Virus record (IMG/VR): IMGVR_UViG_3300037067_007506
Coordinates: 4,865-68,864 of that record
Source: a virus
Lineage: Duplodnaviria > Caudoviricetes
Direction: 5' to 3' (one strand)
DNA: 64,000 bases
In this document: positions 57,507 to 64,000 of the stretch, in pieces
Numbering within the stretch: the first letter of the stretch is position 1
How the letters are laid out: every line of letters starts with the position of its first letter
Program-made: the position numbers and the translations under genes
The notes under the pieces: generated by a model
The model's database searches: none
Told to the model about the DNA's origin: nothing
What the model saw: the letters and a program-made list of their open reading frames with translations, nothing else

Positions 57507-59351
57507 ATGATGGATGATCAAGTATCTCAAAATGTAAAAGACTTTTTTACAAAAATTATCAAATCCGAAAAAAATGTCAATATTAGTGGTGATCTTATTA
57601 TTGAGACTGAGAACAAACCCTCAACTCCAGATAGAAATGTAGATGATAATTTGAGGAAGTTTGTTGAAACCCGATTGAGTAACCTAAATATTAGAAATCC
57701 TATAACAAGCGGTCTAGAAACTCAAGAACGTAGAATAGTAAAAGATAATGCTTTTTATGTTGGGCAAAAAAATACTTTTGATAGAAATCCAAACGAAGCA
57801 CAGAAGGTTCAAAGCACTTTAGGAAAAGTTCAAAATAATCTATATAACAGTTTCGGTGTAGGAAAAGTTCAAAATAATCTTAGAGGGGTTTTTGGACCAG
57901 GGTTAGTCGGACACTTTTCAGGATATACGTCTGGAGACAGAACTAATGGTATTAGAACAATAGATGATAAATCTTGGGGAACTAGTATAAATAGACAAGA
58001 AAGATTATCAGAGTCTGAAAGTTTTAAAGGTAAAAATTCAATATCTATATTTAATATGATACATTATAATATTTCTCAAATTGGAACTCATGTAAAAAGA
58101 ATAAGAGAATTGTATGAAAAAGAGGTTCAATTTAGTGCCGTTGATAGACTCAGACATCAAGAACAACAAAATGATGATGAAAGAAAAAAAAGAGAAGAAG
58201 AAGACGAAAGAAAAAAAAGAGAAGAAGACGAAAGAAAAAAAAGAGAAAACCCCGAAAAACCTAAGTTATCAACTAAAGAGGTATTACAACAAACTGGAAG
58301 TAGAGCATTAATGGGTGGAATTGGAGCAGCTATGATACTAGGTGATCTATTCGGAAAATCTGGTGGTGGAGCTGATATGATAAAATCTGGAAATGTATTT
58401 GGTGGAATAAAGACAGGTTTATTTGGAAAATCTCCAGAATTTTATGAAAAAGATAGCAAAGGTGCTTTACTTAAGGATAAAGAAGGCAACTATAAAGAAA
58501 GAAAAGATGCAGGATGGGAATCATTGAGATATGGTATAAGAAATGTTACTAAGTTTAGTATGTTAGGTGGACTAGTAGGGGGTGAGCAGGGGGCTATGAT
58601 AGGTGCTTTAGTGGGCGCCTTAGTTTCAGGATTTGATATTATATATAAAAAATTCCTAGAACCATTTTTACAGGACACTTTAAAACCATTAGTATATGAT
58701 GTCATTATACCCGCATTTCAAAATTTTAGCGATATGATTAATATATTTACAGGAAAGAAAGCAAAGTATGGTATATCTGAAAGATTAACAGCGTTAGTAG
58801 CACCTAAAGAAGAATTAGCTAAAAATTATATCAGCACAACATTATCAAAAAAAGCTAAAGAAAATATAATAACAAGTCCGACAGGATCAACATTAATATT
58901 TCCAGATAAAAATTCAGAAAACAAAAATATGTCTATAATGACAGGTAATAGAACTAAACAAAATATTTCAATGGATACGGGTTTAAAATATGAAACTGAA
59001 AAATTATTTGGTAAAGATTATGAGAAATTAAAATCAGCTCTTAAAACAAAAGAATTTGGTTTTGGAAAAAAAGATGAAGAAAAATTATTAGACAAGTATA
59101 AAGTAATAATGAAAGAATTTATTGATAAAGGTGTTTCAGGTGGATCAGCTCAAAATAGTTCTGAAGAATTAAAGAAATTTATTGAGAAGTTTTTTGAACA
59201 TGATTATAAATCTAAAGCAGATATAATGAAGAAATACGACGCTATGATTGACGCTTTAAAAATGAATAATTCAGCTATGAAAGAAGATATTAAAGATTCA
59301 GATGAAATATTAAAGATGCAGAATATGTTGATGAACAAAGGAAGATATTGA
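57507..59351 (+). CDS. tape measure protein
   Basis: Follows the chaperone; charged helical region plus Gly/Ala-rich hydrophobic segments. Confidence 0.7.
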   Translation: MMDDQVSQNVKDFFTKIIKSEKNVNISGDLIIETENKPSTPDRNVDDNLRKFVETRLSNLNIRNPITSGLETQERRIVKDNAFYVGQKNTFDRNPNEAQKVQSTLGKVQNNLYNSFGVGKVQNNLRGVFGPGLVGHFSGYTSGDRTNGIRTIDDKSWGTSINRQERLSESESFKGKNSISIFNMIHYNISQIGTHVKRIRELYEKEVQFSAVDRLRHQEQQNDDERKKREEEDERKKREEDERKKRENPEKPKLSTKEVLQQTGSRALMGGIGAAMILGDLFGKSGGGADMIKSGNVFGGIKTGLFGKSPEFYEKDSKGALLKDKEGNYKERKDAGWESLRYGIRNVTKFSMLGGLVGGEQGAMIGALVGALVSGFDIIYKKFLEPFLQDTLKPLVYDVIIPAFQNFSDMINIFTGKKAKYGISERLTALVAPKEELAKNYISTTLSKKAKENIITSPTGSTLIFPDKNSENKNMSIMTGNRTKQNISMDTGLKYETEKLFGKDYEKLKSALKTKEFGFGKKDEEKLLDKYKVIMKEFIDKGVSGGSAQNSSEELKKFIEKFFEHDYKSKADIMKKYDAMIDALKMNNSAMKEDIKDSDEILKMQNMLMNKGRY

Positions 59352-60283
59352 TGCCAAAAATAACATTGTTAAAAGATGTAAATAAATTAACTAATAATTA
59401 TAATACAGTTAGATTCATATTAGCTAAATATAAATATGATGGTAAAAGTTCAGATTTTTTATTGAAACGAAGATTAATACCAGGATCAGAAAAAGTTGTT
59501 ACTGCTTATTTGGGTGGTAATTATAAAGAAACTATAACATCCACTTGGTCAAGTGTTTTTTCAAGTTCAAATAAAACATTAGATTCAGTTAATAAAGTTT
59601 TAAGTTTTACAGGATTTGGATCATTAAAAAATAAATATTCATACTTACAAGTATGGGAAGATACTCAACCTATAGTAATTAATTTAAATTTAAATTTTAT
59701 AGCTTATAAAGATCCATTATTGGAAGTGGAAGAACCTATAAGACAATTACAAGGTATGATAAGCCCTCAAGAAAGAACAAATGATGGACAAAGTGTAATA
59801 TCTAATATATGGGAAAAGATTAAACAAGGAGCTTCAAGTTTAGGACCAAATGTTTTAGGTTCTCAAGCGTTTCAATCAGCTAATGAAATAGCAAAAGATT
59901 TAGATGTATTAATGAAAACATTTTTAGTACCTCCATCCGGAGCAAGTATTTCATTATCACAGTTTTTAGCTACACCGTATGATGCTATAGGAGAAATACA
60001 AATAGGTAATTTTATTAAGTTGAAAGATATAATAATAGAAGATATAGATTTTGAACCGAATATATCCGACTGTGATATATTCGGAACACCTACTTCAGCA
60101 ACTGTATCATTAAAAATAAAATCTAGAACAGTTTGGACGGATGTTACTATTTTAAATTTATTAAAATATAGAACAGATTGTGACCAAGAACCTCAATCAT
60201 ATAATTTTGGAAAATTAGGTGAAGATTGTGTTAATTTTGTTGCTAAGTTATTAGGATTTGAAAATTTTGATTTAGTTAAGTAA
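59348..60283 (+). CDS. baseplate/tube-initiator-like protein
   Basis: Position after TMP; IGNFIKL.DIII.DIDF; P..A.VSL.I. Confidence 0.5.
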   Translation: MMPKITLLKDVNKLTNNYNTVRFILAKYKYDGKSSDFLLKRRLIPGSEKVVTAYLGGNYKETITSTWSSVFSSSNKTLDSVNKVLSFTGFGSLKNKYSYLQVWEDTQPIVINLNLNFIAYKDPLLEVEEPIRQLQGMISPQERTNDGQSVISNIWEKIKQGASSLGPNVLGSQAFQSANEIAKDLDVLMKTFLVPPSGASISLSQFLATPYDAIGEIQIGNFIKLKDIIIEDIDFEPNISDCDIFGTPTSATVSLKIKSRTVWTDVTILNLLKYRTDCDQEPQSYNFGKLGEDCVNFVAKLLGFENFDLVK

Positions 60284-60298
60284 GGACAGGGGTTTTAA

Positions 60299-60601
60299 AT
60301 GACAAATATAAAAGACTACATAACAGATAGATCAGGTAATATGTCAATGTTAAATTTAAATGTAAAAGATTATTTAACAGATATAGATTGGTATAATATT
60401 TTGATAACAGATGAAAATAAATATAGAATAGATTTAATATCAGAAAAATATCTATTTAATAATCAATATTACATATATATATTAATGATTAATGATATAG
60501 TAACTTATGAAGATTTAGGACCTGGAAAATATATAAAAATACCAACATTAGATTTTATTAATAGGGTTATAAAACAATTAAAAGAAGAAAGAGGAATTTA
60601 A
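60299..60601 (+). CDS. LysM-like baseplate wedge protein (gp53-like)
   Basis: RIDLISEKY......IL.INDI....DL.PG..IKIP. Confidence 0.75.
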   Translation: MTNIKDYITDRSGNMSMLNLNVKDYLTDIDWYNILITDENKYRIDLISEKYLFNNQYYIYILMINDIVTYEDLGPGKYIKIPTLDFINRVIKQLKEERGI

Positions 60602-61726
60602 GTGGTAATTGGAAAAGGTTTTAAATTAAAAGTATTTTATGATAATAATGAATTACCATTAGATAATAATCTTTACGCGAGTTTTAAACTTTATGAAATA
60701 TTACATTATGGTATCTATTACGGTGAGCTTAAAATATTAAATATAACATCAGTTTGGAAGGAGTTTCCAATGTTATCTGGTGCTAAAATAAAAATAAAAA
60801 TAGAACAAGAAGAAAATGTTGAGAAAACATATAAGTTTATTTTATATGAACCTGTAATAGATGATAGATATTTAACTTTAGTTTTATTACCTGAAGTATT
60901 TGAAAAAATAGGTAAAGATAAAAAAACAAAATCATTCAACAATCAAATTCAAAATATTATAAAACAAATAGCAACTTCAGCAGGAATAACTCAATTTGAT
61001 ATAGATACAACTAGAATTCCGTCAGGTAAGTTTTTACAATTAAATAAACCTGATTTATATTTTATGTTAGATCTAGTAAGTAAAGCTTCAGGTAACAATT
61101 CTAATTTTATATTTTTTATAGACAAAGAGAATAAACTAAAATTTTATTCAATAGGATATTTGAAAAATAAACAACCTGTTTTAGTTATATCTGATGAATT
61201 AATTAAAGATTTAAAAATCGATGATAAATCTTTATCTTATCAAATTAATTCAGGTTTTGGAGCAACCGGGTTTTATTTTGATTGGGATTCAGGAGATATG
61301 AAAAAGTATGAATTTGATCAAAGTAAATTTAATCAAGTAAATAAGTCAAACACTATATCTGATAAACTTGGAGTAATGAAAGAATATATTAATGTAAATA
61401 ATTCAATTTTAATGTTAGATCCAATAGGTAAAAATGTTTATAGAGATGAACTATATAATAAAGCATCAATAGAAAATGTTGTTTTAAGAAAAAATTATTT
61501 TAATATTTTTTTAAGTTTTAAAACGTATGGAAGTTTAAAATGTACTCCAGCAGAAATAGTACAGTTTTATTTAAGAAGTTTGACAAAAGATTCATTCAAT
61601 AAGTTATATTCTGGTAAATGGCTAGTTTATTCAGTTAAACATGTTTTTCAAATAGAAGGTTATAATATGAATGTTGTTTTAACTAATTCAAGTTTTTATA
61701 ATGTCAACAACAAAAATATTATATAA
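60602..61726 (+). CDS. baseplate hub (gp27/GpD-like)
   Basis: Q.N.PD..F...L; FFIDK.NKL.F; SGKWLV.SV.H.F. Confidence 0.7.
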   Translation: MVIGKGFKLKVFYDNNELPLDNNLYASFKLYEILHYGIYYGELKILNITSVWKEFPMLSGAKIKIKIEQEENVEKTYKFILYEPVIDDRYLTLVLLPEVFEKIGKDKKTKSFNNQIQNIIKQIATSAGITQFDIDTTRIPSGKFLQLNKPDLYFMLDLVSKASGNNSNFIFFIDKENKLKFYSIGYLKNKQPVLVISDELIKDLKIDDKSLSYQINSGFGATGFYFDWDSGDMKKYEFDQSKFNQVNKSNTISDKLGVMKEYINVNNSILMLDPIGKNVYRDELYNKASIENVVLRKNYFNIFLSFKTYGSLKCTPAEIVQFYLRSLTKDSFNKLYSGKWLVYSVKHVFQIEGYNMNVVLTNSSFYNVNNKNII

Positions 61727-61735
61727 GGAAATATT

Positions 61736-62068
61736 ATGATTCTAACAATAAGTTCAACATTAGAAACAGATATAAATGGTATAATTAAAGTATTATCAGG
61801 AATAGAATCATTAAAAGATCAAATAAATTTGTATTTAACTTTAATAAGTGGTCAAATACCTTTTTCTAATTTTGGTAATACTTTAATTTTACATATATTA
61901 GATGAGTTAAATCCAAATTTAATAAATTTTTATGTTGATGAATTAATAAGAGATATATCTTCATATTTTAGTATAAATTTATTAGATTATGATATAACTA
62001 TAGATGACACATCAGCAACAATAAAATTGTATTTAACAAATGGAACAATTGATTTAACGAGTAATTAA
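61736..62068 (+). CDS. baseplate wedge protein (gp25-like)
   Basis: SLKDQI..YL....GQIPF..FG. Confidence 0.75.
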   Translation: MILTISSTLETDINGIIKVLSGIESLKDQINLYLTLISGQIPFSNFGNTLILHILDELNPNLINFYVDELIRDISSYFSINLLDYDITIDDTSATIKLYLTNGTIDLTSN

Positions 62069-62069
62069 T

Positions 62070-62879
62070 ATGAATATTTTTAAAGAAAATACCGATGAAT
62101 TACATTTTGGAATGCATAGAGCTAAAATAATTAGTTTAGATAATACTATTAAAAATGGTATATATAAAGTAAGAGTTTGGCCATTTATGGTAGATATTTT
62201 AGATAATGATCTACCATTAGCTCAATCAAATATGACTGTAAATGATAAACATATTAATTTAAAAGTTGGTGATTGGGTATGGGTATTTTTTGAAAATGGT
62301 AATCCTGAATATCCAGTAATATTTGATAAGTGTAATATAAAAGATAAGTTTCCAGATGGGACTGATGGTAATAGCCCAACATGGTTTAATAATATTCAAG
62401 CTAATAATCAAATAAACGAATCAACAGTAAATTACAATGGACAATATAATACAGTATCTGGATTTGATTTCGGTGAAATACATATACAATTTGATGAACA
62501 AAATAAACAACTTATAATAATGGTTGGAAGTAAGTATTTTATATTAGATTCTAATGGTGATATACATGAAAAAGTTAATAATAAATTTGTTACTGTTACT
62601 CAAAAATTAAATATGATAGCACAATCGTTTAAATTATTAACAACTATGGCTGATGAAATAAGTATAAGTGAAACAGGAAAAGTAACTATAAAAGGTGGAA
62701 CTAACCCAATGTTAATAAAAAATAGTTTGACAAGTTTGAAAGCATTAATTGAAGACGTTTTAATAGGGTTAAGTACACAAGTTCAAACAGGTAATTTAGG
62801 GCTTCCTATAGCTTGGAATTCAAATCCAAAATTAGTGACAGGATTAATTAAATTGAATCAATTATTAACGGAATTATAA
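62070..62879 (+). CDS. baseplate spike protein (gp5/GpV OB-fold)
   Basis: HRAKII......G..KVRV; VGDWVWVFFENGNPEYPVI. Confidence 0.8.
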   Translation: MNIFKENTDELHFGMHRAKIISLDNTIKNGIYKVRVWPFMVDILDNDLPLAQSNMTVNDKHINLKVGDWVWVFFENGNPEYPVIFDKCNIKDKFPDGTDGNSPTWFNNIQANNQINESTVNYNGQYNTVSGFDFGEIHIQFDEQNKQLIIMVGSKYFILDSNGDIHEKVNNKFVTVTQKLNMIAQSFKLLTTMADEISISETGKVTIKGGTNPMLIKNSLTSLKALIEDVLIGLSTQVQTGNLGLPIAWNSNPKLVTGLIKLNQLLTEL

Positions 62880-64000
62880 ATGACAAAACAACAAGCATTA
62901 GAATACATAGATTCAATCACACAAACGTTAAAACAATACAATCCAGAATCAAGTGAAGCGACTGAAGGGTATAATCCGTTATTTAATGAATTGAAAAAAG
63001 CTATTGAATCAACTGAAGGTGATTTCCCATTATCTGTTTACAATGTAATATATAATACCAAACAAGATTTTATGAATGATTTCCAAAATAATCTTGTTAT
63101 GAATATAATGGCTAAAATTATAGGAGATACTTGTAATTTAAAAATATCTCCAGTTATAAGTGATATATATGATAATTTGATTGGATATAAATTCTATAGT
63201 TCAATATATTCCCCAACATTAGATAATGATGGAGTTGATTCAGCAGGGTTAGGAAGAAGTTTTAATTTGTTAGACATTTGGGGAAACTTACAACTCGATC
63301 AAGCATATATATGTTTAGATAATACAACTCATAATGCGGTATGGGTTATTATTACTGGTGGTGGATCAGGAACAGATGAAAAAGTAGCAATAGATGCAGA
63401 AGCTACACCGGGATATTTAGGTAATACCTCAAGTGATGGGGTACTAAGAGTTTCTAGTGTATTCAGTTATACTGATGGTGGAGATTTTGTAACTATAGGT
63501 ATGAATGCCGCGGGTTCAGGATCAAATGGATATCTAACGAGTTCAGATTGGTCAAGTTTTAATGCTAAAGAAAACGCTTTAGGATTTACTCCAGAAAATG
63601 TAGCTAACAGAGTTTCATCGTTTCAAGTTACTCCGGATAATACTCATTATCCAACAGAAAAATTGGTAAAAGATAGTTTGAATAGTAAGTCTGATACGTC
63701 ACATAATCATGCTTTAAATAATCTAACAGAGAAATCTTATAGTTCTTTAACTGACAAACCAACTATACCGACAGCTTTGTCTCAGTTATCTGAAGATGAA
63801 AATCATAGAACTGTTACTGATATAGAAAAATCAACTTGGAATGCCAAAGAAAACGCTTTAACTTTTTCAACTGGATTACAAAGATCAGTTAACACTATTA
63901 CCACAAAAGATTCTGAAATAGATCACAATCAATTAAATAATTATGATATTAATAAACATTTTCTCAAATCAGATATTAATTTAGATGATTTAGGTAATGT
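62880..64000 (+). CDS. tail fibre/structural protein, truncated by the window end
   Basis: Open frame from ATG 62880 (MTKQQALEY...) with fibre-type motifs (DW..FNAK, H.H..NNL, L.DKPTIP, HR.VTD.EK..WNAK). Confidence 0.65.
   Translation, partial: MTKQQALEYIDSITQTLKQYNPESSEATEGYNPLFNELKKAIESTEGDFPLSVYNVIYNTKQDFMNDFQNNLVMNIMAKIIGDTCNLKISPVISDIYDNLIGYKFYSSIYSPTLDNDGVDSAGLGRSFNLLDIWGNLQLDQAYICLDNTTHNAVWVIITGGGSGTDEKVAIDAEATPGYLGNTSSDGVLRVSSVFSYTDGGDFVTIGMNAAGSGSNGYLTSSDWSSFNAKENALGFTPENVANRVSSFQVTPDNTHYPTEKLVKDSLNSKSDTSHNHALNNLTEKSYSSLTDKPTIPTALSQLSEDENHRTVTDIEKSTWNAKENALTFSTGLQRSVNTITTKDSEIDHNQLNNYDINKHFLKSDINLDDLGN

Noticed and set aside
58180-58250. DERKKREEE short tandem repeat in the tape measure gene
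   Set aside because: Ordinary charged-helix slippage repeat with no further structure
5053-60942. Minus-strand or alternate-frame ORFs overlapping long genes (e.g. 5053-5391, 8456-8791, 22012-22369, 22137-22397, 28339-29034, 36539-36733, 56544-57224, 58114-58311)
   Set aside because: Shadow frames of AT-rich or low-complexity coding sequence, with no RBS/promoter and no recognisable motifs
1-64000. Stop-codon reassignment (alternative genetic code)
   Set aside because: Under the standard code the ORFs are long and tightly packed; TAG and TGA terminate genes at sensible boundaries, and no suppressor tRNA is seen

Overview
A 64-kb segment of a very AT-rich (roughly 25% GC by eye) large tailed-phage genome with a T4-superfamily-like contractile-tail architecture. 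No host housekeeping context is visible and nearly all genes are on the + strand. 0.1-16.5 kb: replication/recombination genes (T4 RNase H-like flap nuclease split by a homing endonuclease, TnpB, lysis-like membrane genes, fused SbcD-SbcC, probable clamp and clamp loader, GroES, TOPRIM primase domain, gp55-like sigma factor). 17.2-30.9 kb: packaging and head genes (terminase, 1006-aa acidic core-like protein, portal, prohead protease, major capsid). 31-48.8 kb: accessory-rich head/neck interval (two more homing endonucleases, two more TnpB, PLP enzyme plus methyltransferase, tRNA-Ile(UAU), tagged proteins). 49-64 kb: neck, sheath, tubes, frameshifted tail chaperone, tape measure, baseplate, start of a fibre gene. 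Main discovery candidate: eleven genes, mostly unrelated in sequence, begin with the same 8-residue peptide M-(I/F)-(K/T)-(K/R)-L-(I/V/F)-x-E. It ends in a T4 gp21-type cleavage site and looks like a capsid-targeting tag for an injected effector arsenal: three PARP-like ADP-ribosyltransferases (two with shuffled WG-repeat arrays), a GNAT, a SWIM protein, an AAA+ ATPase and a HAD-HD fusion. Other notable items: the split RNase H, a TnpB whose right flank duplicates its own upstream gene end, a 12-bp late-promoter-like motif, four antisense early cassettes, and short synonymously recoded GC-rich patches at conserved motifs. All functional calls come from motif recognition by eye; no database searches were run.
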